From an uncultured delta proteobacterium (GTDB taxonomy: Bacteria > Myxococcota_A > UBA9160 > SZUA-336): DNA of 64,000 nt. This document shows positions 21,288-30,024 of this stretch, piece by piece. The stretch spans positions 96,001-160,000 of the forward strand of contig CAVPHD010000012.1 of assembly GCA_963704165.1 (NCBI GenBank), written 5' to 3'. The notes below the pieces were generated by a model. The model ran no database searches and was not told the DNA's origin. It saw only the letters and a program-made list of their open reading frames with translations. Numbering within the stretch: position 1 is the first letter of the stretch; each line of letters opens with the position of its first letter. The translations under genes and the position numbers were made by a program.

Positions 21288-22979
21288 TCAGAACTCCCCG
21301 ACCGTTTCGACCCACTCGAACGAGCCCTTTCGCACGTTCTCGAACGCGAGCTCGGGCAGGCTCCAGAAGGCCCCGAGCAGACCGGCGCGAAGGCGGGCGG
21401 AGCGATCGAAGGGAGCGGTGGCGACACCGTACAGCGTATATGCGGACGCCCAGGCGAGATTCGCGGCCCCGTAGAGCGGTCGGCGCCAGAACACGTCGTC
21501 GGTGAAGAACAGGAACGCGCCGTCCTCGAAACGCGGCGAGTAGATCGTCGAGCGGAGCGCCGTCGATTCGCGAATCCTCGTCAGCATTCCGGGTGACTCT
21601 CGAAGCACGCGCTCGAGCTCGCGCGCGCGGTGAGACGGAACCCGCTCGGTGCGCTCGATCTCGAGCCGTTCGCGTACGCGATCGAAGAAGACGAACGGGA
21701 TGAAGCCGAGCGTCTCGTCGGCCGGCACCCGACCCCCGAGCGCCTCGTCGGCCACGCGCGCGAGCAGGGTGATGCAGTTGCGCCGGACCAGGTCGTACCT
21801 CCAGCGCTCGCGGTCGCGGCGATCGGCGTTGGCGAGGCGCGTTCGCGCGGCGACGAGCGCGGTGTCGAGATTTCCTCCGAAGACAGGAGCTCCGACGGCG
21901 CGAGCACGGTCCGGTAGCACACGGCGCTCGAGATCGAGCCACGCCCCGTCCGCGACTCCTGACTCCGCACGCACGACGAGACCCACCGCGGCTTCGAGCA
22001 TGTTGTAGCTCGACTCGCCGGCGCGCCCGCTCACGAGCACCACGTCGCGTCCGCGCCGAAGAAGCTCGCCGGCGTACTCGGCGCGCCGCGCGAGCACGGG
22101 ATCGCTCGGCGACTCACGCGGCGTTTCGGACTCGCCGACGTGCCCGGCGAACGCATCGAGCAGAACGAGTCGATTCGAAGCGAGCGAGCGCCGGACCGCG
22201 ACGTAGCGAGCCTGCGCGAGCAGGAGCGCGTAGCCCCGATCCGGTCGCGAGGAGCGGAGCAGGTCGGCGACGCTGCGCTCGAGTCTCGATGCGAACGCCT
22301 CGAGGCTCGCACGTTCCGCGACGGAGAGCGGATCATCGAAGCGCTCGGGAACGCGCCCGATCGCCTCGGGCGCGAGCGAATATCCGCGATCGAGCGCGCG
22401 CAGCGCCTCGGCGAGCGCGAGTCGTTCGCGCAGGCCCTCGAGATCCCCCGCCGTCGCCACGACCGGTCGATTCGAGAGATCGCGATCCGCCGCTTCGAGC
22501 GCCGGGCGCGCGGCTTCGCGCAATCGCAGCGCCTCGGAATCCCCCGGGCGCGACGGGTCGAGGAGGCCCGCGGCGCGCAGGGGCGGAAGCGGCCGGCCGT
22601 CGGTCCAGGCTTCGAGCCAGGCGACGTCGGCCGCGAGCGTGTCTCGGCGCATCGCGGCGATGTCCTGCTCGACGTACTCCCGCGCGAAGCGATCGAGCAC
22701 ACGGTCGCGCGTCTCGGGCGGGACCTCGATCCGGGCGACCTCGAGCGGCCGGTTCTGGAGCCCGGCGTAGACGTAGGCGAAGTGGGACCAGTCGTCGCGC
22801 GCGATCCGGTAGCGACCGTCGCCGTCGGTCTGCACGTGGTAGACGGTGTCGCCCGAGACCAGCGCGGCGTGACCGCCGCTCGCGAACCCGACGTTCGCGC
22901 GCGCGTAGACGAAACCGATCTCCGCGGCCGAGGCGTCGATCGCGACGACGGCGAGGAACGCGACGATCGATGCCCGCAC
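21288..22979 (-). CDS. Uncharacterised exported protein with papain/NlpC-like His...Cys motifs (DUF4105-like)
   Basis: GTG start with signal peptide; ASGGHAAL near the N-terminus, YDLVRRNCIT and FIPFVF late; hydrophobic C-terminal segments. Confidence 0.65.
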   Translation of the reverse strand: MRASIVAFLAVVAIDASAAEIGFVYARANVGFASGGHAALVSGDTVYHVQTDGDGRYRIARDDWSHFAYVYAGLQNRPLEVARIEVPPETRDRVLDRFAREYVEQDIAAMRRDTLAADVAWLEAWTDGRPLPPLRAAGLLDPSRPGDSEALRLREAARPALEAADRDLSNRPVVATAGDLEGLRERLALAEALRALDRGYSLAPEAIGRVPERFDDPLSVAERASLEAFASRLERSVADLLRSSRPDRGYALLLAQARYVAVRRSLASNRLVLLDAFAGHVGESETPRESPSDPVLARRAEYAGELLRRGRDVVLVSGRAGESSYNMLEAAVGLVVRAESGVADGAWLDLERRVLPDRARAVGAPVFGGNLDTALVAARTRLANADRRDRERWRYDLVRRNCITLLARVADEALGGRVPADETLGFIPFVFFDRVRERLEIERTERVPSHRARELERVLRESPGMLTRIRESTALRSTIYSPRFEDGAFLFFTDDVFWRRPLYGAANLAWASAYTLYGVATAPFDRSARLRAGLLGAFWSLPELAFENVRKGSFEWVETVGEF

Positions 22980-22984
22980 GCGCG

Positions 22985-23446
22985 TCAGCTTCCGGCGCTC
23001 CGCCAACCTTCGAGCACGAGCTTCGCGGCCGCGGTCTCGCTGCCGATCTCGGTGCAGAACGCGTTCATCTCCGCCTCCGATACGTTCGCCTCGCGCATCC
23101 CCTGGCCGATCGCGTACGGGGTCGCGGGCTCCGCCTCCCAATCGGCGATGCCGTGATTTCCGGCGATCCGCGTCACGCCGCGCAGGAAGTCGGCCCGTGT
23201 GCCGCCGCCGCGCACGAACGATGCCGCGTACTGGCGAAGGTCCTGGCGATAGCTCTCCTGCTCCGCCGCGTCGCCACCTCCGCTTCCGGACGACCTCGAG
23301 ATGCTGCTCAGGACCCCGACGATCGAGTGACCCGTGCCCGAGATCGAATCCGACGGGGACGTGAGGCTCCCCGAGATGACCTGACATGCGAACGCGGGCA
23401 GAATCGCGACGATGATTCCGACCCGAAGGGCACGCTCGATCGACAT
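22985..23446 (-). CDS. Putative lipoprotein (resembles Leptospira LIC11139-type lipoproteins)
   Basis: Lipobox AFAC; Ser-rich linker; YRQDLRQY...DFLRGVTRIAGNHGIADWE...YAIGQG. Confidence 0.7.
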   Translation of the reverse strand: MSIERALRVGIIVAILPAFACQVISGSLTSPSDSISGTGHSIVGVLSSISRSSGSGGGDAAEQESYRQDLRQYAASFVRGGGTRADFLRGVTRIAGNHGIADWEAEPATPYAIGQGMREANVSEAEMNAFCTEIGSETAAAKLVLEGWRSAGS

Positions 23447-23485
23447 GGCTCACGACTCCTCTTCCCGGTTCGACGGGAAAAGCCG

Positions 23486-24133
23486 ATGGTACCGAATGGC
23501 AGGGAGGCGACCATCCGCACGATCTCCGACCGGGCCGTGATCCGCGCGCTCGCCATCGCCTACGCGATCTTCTGGATCGCGATGGCGATCGAACCGCTGG
23601 ACCGCGGCGACTGGCTGCTCGAGAACCTGCTGGTCTTCGCGTTCGTGCCGACCCTGATCCTGACGTACCGGCGCTTCGCCTTCTCGCGCACTTCGTACGT
23701 GCTGATCTTCTGCTTCCTCGTCATGCACACCTACGCCGCGCACTACACGTACTCGGAGACACCGCTCGGCTTCTGGCTTCAGGAGCTCTTCGACACCTCG
23801 CGCAATCACCTCGACCGGATCGTCCACTTCAGCTTCGGCTTGCTGATGACCCATCCGCTGCGCGAGATCGGCCTGCGTGTGCTCGGTCTGCGCAGCGGCT
23901 GGAGCTACGCGATTCCGCTGCTCGTCATGCTCGGCTTCGCGGGTGGCTACGAGGTCGTCGAATTCTGGGCCGCGCGAGCGGTCGATCCGGAGCTCGGGGT
24001 CGCGTTCCTCGGCACGCAGGGAGACGAGTGGGACGCGCAGAAGGACATGCGCCTCGCTCTCGTCGGGTCGGCGATCTCGCTCGCGCTCAGCGCCGCGGTC
24101 GGCGCGGCACGAGCGCGGGCACGCGCTTCATGA
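23486..24133 (+). CDS. DUF2238 (YjdF-like) membrane protein
   Basis: DWLLEN, HYTYSETPLG, RNHLDRIVHF, FLGTQGDEWDAQKDM; start uncertain. Confidence 0.85.
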   Translation: MVPNGREATIRTISDRAVIRALAIAYAIFWIAMAIEPLDRGDWLLENLLVFAFVPTLILTYRRFAFSRTSYVLIFCFLVMHTYAAHYTYSETPLGFWLQELFDTSRNHLDRIVHFSFGLLMTHPLREIGLRVLGLRSGWSYAIPLLVMLGFAGGYEVVEFWAARAVDPELGVAFLGTQGDEWDAQKDMRLALVGSAISLALSAAVGAARARARAS

Positions 24134-24962
24134 CTTCGGCGTAGCCGGGTCTCTGCGCGATGTGCCGACGGTCGAGCATGGGGATGCTGACGAAGAGGAA
24201 CATCGCGGTGATCGCGAGCGGACCGATCACGCTCCAGTACCAGTCGGGCGCGGCCGCGACACCGAAGAGCCAGAGGCCCCACCAGAACAGGATCTCGCCG
24301 AGATAGTTCGGGTGACGCATCCACGCCCAGAGCCCGCGTGCGCAGATCCCGCCCTGCTGCTTGGTGCGGTTGAACGCGCGGAGCTGCTCGTCGGCGATCG
24401 TCTCGAGCACGATCGCGGCGACGGTGACGACCGCGGCGATCACGTCGAGAAGTCCGAGCGGGCGGGCTCCGATCGCCAGCGCGGCGTAGAGCGGAAGGCA
24501 AGCGAGAAAGACCTGCAACGTCGGGAAGTAGTGGATGCCGGTCAGGCTGACGAGCCAGTACGGGGCGCTGCGGTTCTCGCGCAGCTCCCGGTAGCGCCAG
24601 TCCTCGTGGTGCAGTCCCGGCCAGCCGCGCGCCCAGTTCCAGGTGAGTCGGATTCCCCAGGCGAAGACCAGCACCAACACCAGGATCTGTCGCTCCGGGT
24701 CGGCGTGCGAGCCGGGAAGCGCGCTCGCCCAGTACAGTCCGATCACCGGCGGAACGGCGCTCCAGTAGGCGTCGTACAGGCTCGAGTTCGCGAGCGCCAT
24801 GCTGAAGACGAAGATCACGAGCGTCGCGACGAGATCGGCGACGAGAACGGTGAACACCGGCGAGTCACTGCCGAGTAGCGCGCCGGTCACGATCGCAGCA
24901 CCGAGCGCCACGAGGTAGGCGGCCCCGATGATCGCGAATGAGCGCGCTCTGTCGCTCGTCAT
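24087..24962 (-). CDS. DUF1295 / steroid 5-alpha-reductase-like membrane protein
   Basis: NSSLYDAYWS, EDWRY, ADEQL, GLWAWMRHPNYLGE. Confidence 0.9.
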   Translation of the reverse strand: MTSDRARSFAIIGAAYLVALGAAIVTGALLGSDSPVFTVLVADLVATLVIFVFSMALANSSLYDAYWSAVPPVIGLYWASALPGSHADPERQILVLVLVFAWGIRLTWNWARGWPGLHHEDWRYRELRENRSAPYWLVSLTGIHYFPTLQVFLACLPLYAALAIGARPLGLLDVIAAVVTVAAIVLETIADEQLRAFNRTKQQGGICARGLWAWMRHPNYLGEILFWWGLWLFGVAAAPDWYWSVIGPLAITAMFLFVSIPMLDRRHIAQRPGYAEVMKRVPALVPRRPRR

Positions 24963-24980
24963 CGTGCCATCATATCGCAC

Positions 24981-25571
24981 ATGAACCCCGAATCCCGAAT
25001 TCCCAGGCTGTCGATCGAGGAGGCGAAGCTCGAAGCCGAGAAGATCGGCCTGCCGGCGCAGATGGCGGAGCTCTCGGTCTTCCGCGTCTTGCTTCGCCAC
25101 CCCGACCTCGCCAAGGCGATCTTCGGATTGCTCGCCGGCCTGCTCTTCCGCGGAAAGCTCGATGCCCGCCTGCGCGAGTTCGTGATCATGCGCATCGGTT
25201 GGGTGACGGGATCCGAGTACGAGTGGACCCAACACTGGCGTGTGGCGACGCAGATCGGGATGAGCGAGGCCGAGCTGCTCGCGGTTCGCGATTGGCGGAA
25301 CGCCGGGAACCTCGGCCGGGCCGAGCGCGCGGTGCTCGCGGCCACCGACGAGACGCTCGAAGTCGGCGCGATCTCGACCGGGACCTGGCGCGAATGCGAG
25401 GCCACCCTCGGAGGTCCCGAGAACCTGCTCGAACTCGTGGCGGCGATCGGGAACTGGCGGCTCTTCTCGACGCTCCTGCGCTCGCTCGAGATCCCGCTCG
25501 AAGACGGCGTGATCGGCTGGCCGCCGGACGGGCTCGTGCCCACCGACCCGTCCGTCGCGCGCGATGTCTGA
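24981..25571 (+). CDS. Carboxymuconolactone decarboxylase/AhpD-like protein
   Basis: LDARLREFVIMRIGW...SEYEWTQH, ERAVLAATDE. Confidence 0.85.
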   Translation: MNPESRIPRLSIEEAKLEAEKIGLPAQMAELSVFRVLLRHPDLAKAIFGLLAGLLFRGKLDARLREFVIMRIGWVTGSEYEWTQHWRVATQIGMSEAELLAVRDWRNAGNLGRAERAVLAATDETLEVGAISTGTWRECEATLGGPENLLELVAAIGNWRLFSTLLRSLEIPLEDGVIGWPPDGLVPTDPSVARDV

Positions 25572-26133
25572 GCCGATTCTCGCCGACACGCACTTCGACA
25601 CCGTGCTCGTCGTCGGAGCGCACCCCGACGACGCCGAATACTTCGCCGGCGGAACGCTCGTCCGGCTCGCGGACTCGGGCGCGAGGATCGAGCTGGTCGT
25701 CTGCACCGACGGCGCGCTCGCGAACGACGAGACGCTTCGAGCCGAGCTCGCGCTGGCATTGCGCCGGATCCGTCCCGACCTGGTCCTGACGCACGATCCG
25801 CGGACGCTCTGGGCCGTGTATGGGGGCCGGGCGCATCCGGGTCACTCCGACCACCGCGCGGCGGGACAGGCCCTGCTCGATGCCCTGTATCCGCGCGCGG
25901 CCAGCCCGAACTTCTACCTGGAGCAGCTCGAGGCGCAGGGCGTGGAGCCCTGGTACCCGCGCGAGGTCTGGCTCTTCGACACGGCAGAACCGGACCTGCG
26001 CATCGACGTGTCGTCGAGCTTCGCGCGCAAGCTCGACGCGCTTCTCTACGGCGCACGCGCACTCGGGGAATCGGAGCCGTTCGCCCGGCTCGTGCTGCGC
26101 AAGCCGAAATCGCCCTGTGCGGACGCCCGCTGA
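25564..26133 (+). CDS. PIG-L family deacetylase, apparently internally shortened
   Basis: AHPDDAE, CTDG, RPDLVLTHDP, HSDH metal motifs. Confidence 0.75.
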   Translation: MSEPILADTHFDTVLVVGAHPDDAEYFAGGTLVRLADSGARIELVVCTDGALANDETLRAELALALRRIRPDLVLTHDPRTLWAVYGGRAHPGHSDHRAAGQALLDALYPRAASPNFYLEQLEAQGVEPWYPREVWLFDTAEPDLRIDVSSSFARKLDALLYGARALGESEPFARLVLRKPKSPCADAR

Positions 26134-26148
26134 TCCGAGAGGAGACCC

Positions 26149-27081
26149 GTGACGATCCCGACCGAAGCCGAGCTCCTGACCTGGTTCGAGACGCTCTCGA
26201 ACTGGCATCGCTTCGGCAAAGACGACGAGCGCGGCACGCTGAATCTGATCGACGACGCGAAGCGGCTCGAGGCTTCGCGTCTCGTGCGCGACGGGATCTC
26301 GATCTCGTGCGCGTGGGAGATCGATCCGCGCCCCGCGGCCGATCACGTCTTCGGCTCGCCCGAGCGAACGATGCGCGGAACCGGCGAGGATCTGCCCGCG
26401 GCACCGCGCTACGCGGGCGCGTCGGAACGGGTCGGCTTCGTCTTTCACGGCTACGCGATCACGCACCTCGACTCGCTCGCGCACTACTTCTGGGACGGGC
26501 GCATGTACGGCGGACGACCCGCGAGCGGGGTGACGAAGGCCGACGGCGCGACGACGAACGCGATCACGGCTGCGGCGTCGGGGATCACCACGCGCGGCGT
26601 TTTGCTCGACGTCGCGGCACTTCGCGGCGTGGACTGGCTCGAGCCGGGCGACGGCGTCCTTCCGGAGGAGCTCGAAGCCGCCGAGACACGCGCGGGCGTT
26701 CGCGCCGGCGCGGGGGATGCGGTTCTGCTGCGCACCGGTTACGGCCGGAAGAAACGCGAGCGCGGGCCCGACCGCGTACAAGAGGTCGGCCGCGCGGGCT
26801 GGCACGCGGCGTGTCTACCGTGGCTGCGCGAGCGCGACGTCGCGCTGATCGGCGCGGACACCGCGCAGGATGTACACCCCTGCGGCTACCCGAGCTTCCG
26901 CAGCCCGATCCACGCGATCGGCATCGTCGCGATGGGCCTCTGGCTGCTCGACAACTGCGACCTCGAGGCGCTCGCCAGCACCTGCGCTAGGCTCGGCCGC
27001 TCGGAGTTCATGCTGACGGTGAGCCCGCTCCGGCTCTCGGGTGCGACCGGAAGCCCCGTGAACCCGATCGCGCTACTTTGA
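26149..27081 (+). CDS. Cyclase-family metallohydrolase
   Basis: SNWHRFGKDDERGTLN, HGYAITHLDSLAH, GITTRGVLLD, GATGSPVNP. Confidence 0.9.
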   Translation: MTIPTEAELLTWFETLSNWHRFGKDDERGTLNLIDDAKRLEASRLVRDGISISCAWEIDPRPAADHVFGSPERTMRGTGEDLPAAPRYAGASERVGFVFHGYAITHLDSLAHYFWDGRMYGGRPASGVTKADGATTNAITAAASGITTRGVLLDVAALRGVDWLEPGDGVLPEELEAAETRAGVRAGAGDAVLLRTGYGRKKRERGPDRVQEVGRAGWHAACLPWLRERDVALIGADTAQDVHPCGYPSFRSPIHAIGIVAMGLWLLDNCDLEALASTCARLGRSEFMLTVSPLRLSGATGSPVNPIALL

Positions 27082-27106
27082 TCCGCGCGACATCAGAGGA
27101 GCGGAG

Positions 27107-27940
27107 ATGAATTCGACAAGGACTCGGGGCGCGTCGGCGGCGCTCGTCATTGCGACCCTGGGACTGCTCGCAGCCGTCGGTCACGCTGCGGATCCGGCCC
27201 CCGCGCAGCCGCCAGCGGTGTCCGCAGAGGACGGCGAGATCGATGACGATGCCGTCGCGCTGCTGGAGCGACTCGGCGCGTTCCTCGCGGCGCAGCCGCG
27301 CTTCAGCTTCGAGGCCGAACTCGCCTACGAGGTCGTGCAGGCCGACGGGCAGAAACTCGAGTTCGGCTCGTTCCGTCGCTACACGGTCCGGCGTCCCGAG
27401 CACCTGCGCATCGACGAACGGCGCCGCAGCGGCGGCGCGCGCGAGCTGTACTTCGACGGCGATCTGCTCACGGTCTGGATCCCCGACGAGAAGGCGTACG
27501 CGCGGGCGAAGCTCACGAAGCGCCGCGACCTGGACGAGACGATCGATCTGGTGCGCGGCGCGCTCGACCTCCAGGTCCCGCTCGGCGATCTGCTGCGCAG
27601 CGCGCCGCTCGCTCGGATCAAGGAGACCATGATCACGGCCTACGTCGTCGGCCGGGAGAACTTGGGGGGAGTCGCCTGCGATCACGTCGCCTGGCGCAGC
27701 GACGAGATCGATGCCGAGGTCTGGATCGCAGTCGGCGAACGGCCGCTGCCTCAGCGCCTCGTCATCCAGTACCGGGTGCTCGACGGGCAGCCGCGCTTCT
27801 CCGCACAGTTCGCGAGCTGGTCGCTCGAGCCCGACGTGGCGGAGGCGACCTTCCGCTTCGCGCCGCCCAATGACGCCGAGCGAGTGCGGTTCTCGGTGCG
27901 CGGACGCGACGTGCAGCCGACGGAGGCAAACGAACCATGA
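27107..27940 (+). CDS. DUF2092 family periplasmic protein (LolA-like fold)
   Basis: Signal peptide; GQKLEF, VRRPEHLR, YFDGDLLT, CDHVAWR..IDAEVWI..GERPLP, FRFAPP. Confidence 0.85.
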   Translation: MNSTRTRGASAALVIATLGLLAAVGHAADPAPAQPPAVSAEDGEIDDDAVALLERLGAFLAAQPRFSFEAELAYEVVQADGQKLEFGSFRRYTVRRPEHLRIDERRRSGGARELYFDGDLLTVWIPDEKAYARAKLTKRRDLDETIDLVRGALDLQVPLGDLLRSAPLARIKETMITAYVVGRENLGGVACDHVAWRSDEIDAEVWIAVGERPLPQRLVIQYRVLDGQPRFSAQFASWSLEPDVAEATFRFAPPNDAERVRFSVRGRDVQPTEANEP

Positions 27941-28740
27941 AGAACCGATCGATCGCGCGGACCCTGGCAATGGCCTGCGTCGGCCTGTGGCTATGCCTTC
28001 TCGCCCAAGAGGTCGATGCGCAGCGGCGCGGCGGCGGGGGACGTGGCGGCGGGGGCGGGCGTTCGATCTCGCGCTCGGGCCCCGCGGCGGGAGGCGGCTT
28101 CGGCGCGCAGCGCTCGGCGCGGCCCTCGCAGCACCCGTCGTGGTCGCAGACGTCCGGCGCCGGAGCGCGCCCCTCCACACAGCCGAGCCCGTCGACGCGG
28201 CCGACCACGCCCGCGACGCCGACCACCCGGCCGACCACGCCAACCGCGCCGACGACGCGGCCGACCACGCCAAGTGACAAGCGGCCGAGCGACTCGCGGC
28301 CGAGCCAACGGCCTGGGGAGGGCGAGAATCGACCCGGCGACTCCGAGAACCGCGAGGACTGGCAGCAGCACATCGACGAGTCTCGCGAAGATCGCCAGAA
28401 GTACGCCAACAACGCGCGAAACGACTGGCAGGACTTCTACGAAGAGGGCGGGTACTACTACGGCGGGTATTACGGCGGGTACTACGGGTACCCACCCGTC
28501 GTGATCGTGCACTACGACGATCACGACGAGGACTGGGAGGCGGCGCTCGCCGGCTTCGCGCTCGGAACCGCGCTCACCTCGGCTTCGTTCAGCTCGATGC
28601 AGACGAGCACGCAGTGCTCGCTCTCCGAGGTCACCGTGAACGAGGTGAAGTACTTCAAGTGCGGATCGACCTGGTACAACCGGGTGATCGAGGGCACGGA
28701 AGTCCAATACGTGATCGTGGGCGCGCCGCCGGGCTACTGA
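27937..28740 (+). CDS. Secreted low-complexity protein (Gly/Arg-rich, Pro/Thr repeats, Tyr/Gly stretch, C-terminal small beta domain)
   Basis: Signal peptide ending VDA; QRRGGGGRGGGGGR; C-terminal C...VNEVKYFKCGSTWY...YVIVGAPPG; ATGA overlap with the DUF2092 gene. Confidence 0.75.
   Translation: MKNRSIARTLAMACVGLWLCLLAQEVDAQRRGGGGRGGGGGRSISRSGPAAGGGFGAQRSARPSQHPSWSQTSGAGARPSTQPSPSTRPTTPATPTTRPTTPTAPTTRPTTPSDKRPSDSRPSQRPGEGENRPGDSENREDWQQHIDESREDRQKYANNARNDWQDFYEEGGYYYGGYYGGYYGYPPVVIVHYDDHDEDWEAALAGFALGTALTSASFSSMQTSTQCSLSEVTVNEVKYFKCGSTWYNRVIEGTEVQYVIVGAPPGY
28192..28272 (+). repeat. Intragenic tandem repeat of about 30 nt (x~2.7) encoding TRPTTPxxP units
   Basis: cggccgaccacgcc recurs three times at 30-nt spacing. 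Confidence 0.7.
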
Positions 28741-28752
28741 GTCGGCGCACGC

Positions 28753-29172
28753 GTGACGGCCCGATCGCTGCGCTGGCTGGCTCCGGCCCTGCTACTCGCC
28801 GTAGCCGCGAATCAGATCTGGCTGTCGTTCCGTGCCGACCTGACACCGTGGTGTGGCGGTGGCTTCGGGATGTTCTCGACCGTCGACGGCCGCTTCGCGC
28901 GCCACCTGCACGCCTTCGCGCTGAGCCCGTCGCTGCGGGTCGAGCTCGCGATTCCCGTCGAGCTTCGAGAGAGCGCGCTGGCCGCGGTCGCGCTGCCGAG
29001 TGAGTCGCGGCTGCGGGCGTTCGCCCGGGAGCTCGAGCCATACGCCGCTTCGGACTTCGAAGCGCCAGACACGATCCGGATCGAGGTCTTCACCCGACGC
29101 GTCGACCCCGGGACGCTCGCCCCACGCGGAGTGCTGCTTCGGGCTCTGGAGGTCCCGCTTGCGCGACCTTGA
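28753..29172 (+). CDS. Small membrane-anchored protein with GGFGMFS motif (HTTM-associated)
   Basis: N-terminal TM, LTPWCGGGFGMFSTVD; overlaps the next gene. Confidence 0.65.
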   Translation: MTARSLRWLAPALLLAVAANQIWLSFRADLTPWCGGGFGMFSTVDGRFARHLHAFALSPSLRVELAIPVELRESALAAVALPSESRLRAFARELEPYAASDFEAPDTIRIEVFTRRVDPGTLAPRGVLLRALEVPLARP

Positions 29173-29998
29173 CCCGGTCCTGCTCGCAGCACGGCTCTCG
29201 CTCGCGGATCTGGCGCTGCGCCCGATCGGGGTCGGCTGGTTGCGGCCCGGGCTGCTTGCGCTCGCCGTGCTCGGTCTGGTCCTGCCATCGCTGGCGAAGC
29301 ACCCCGGGTTCTGGCTCGCGCTCGCCGCGCTCACCGCATTTCGTGTCGTCTGGACCTGGCCGCTGGCCGACAACCACGCCTACCTGCTCGCGTACTGGTG
29401 TCTCGCGCTCGCGGTTTCCACGCGCGAAGTGGACCCGCGGCCGGCGCTCGCCTGGAGCGGTCGCATGCTCCTCGGCCTGGTCTTCGCGCTCGCGGTGCTC
29501 TGGAAGGCGATCTCGCCCGACTACCTCGACGGCCGGTTCTTCCGCGTGACGCTCGTGACCGACGAGCGGCTCGCATCGTACGCGGTCCTGATCGGCGGAC
29601 TCGACGGCGAGGAGCTGAGAGAGCGGCGTGAGCAGCTGACCCGGCACGTCGATGGCGCGCCGATCGCGGCAGCGCTTCTGCCGCTCGAGCCCGCACGATT
29701 CCGCGCGGCGGCGTGGCTCGCGACCTGGGGCGTGATCGCCATCGAGGCCCTGCTCGCGCTCGCCTTCCTCGGGTCACCCCGCCGCGCCCTCGCGCGAATT
29801 CGCGATCCACTCCTGCTCGCGTTCTGCTCGGTCACTTATCTTTTCGCGCCGGTGAGCGGCTTCGGCTGGTTGCTGATCGCGCTCGGCGTCGCGCAGACCG
29901 ACCCCGAGAGCTGGCGGACGCGCGCGTCGTACTTGGGGGTCTTCGGGCTGGTCTACCTCTACCGCGAGATCCCCTGGGCGCTGATCGGCGTGGGCTGA
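29159..29998 (+). CDS. HTTM/SdpB-like polytopic membrane protein
   Basis: TTG start after GGAGG; DNHAYLLAYW, LVFALAVLWKAISPDYLDG, multiple TM helices. Confidence 0.6.
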   Translation: MRDLDPVLLAARLSLADLALRPIGVGWLRPGLLALAVLGLVLPSLAKHPGFWLALAALTAFRVVWTWPLADNHAYLLAYWCLALAVSTREVDPRPALAWSGRMLLGLVFALAVLWKAISPDYLDGRFFRVTLVTDERLASYAVLIGGLDGEELRERREQLTRHVDGAPIAAALLPLEPARFRAAAWLATWGVIAIEALLALAFLGSPRRALARIRDPLLLAFCSVTYLFAPVSGFGWLLIALGVAQTDPESWRTRASYLGVFGLVYLYREIPWALIGVG

Positions 29999-30024
29999 CG
30001 GGCGTCGCGCGGCGCGGCTCGCGC

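Noticed and set aside
28192..28272. Possible CRISPR-like repeat
   Set aside because: In-frame coding repeats with similar intervening sequence; no unique spacers and no cas genes.
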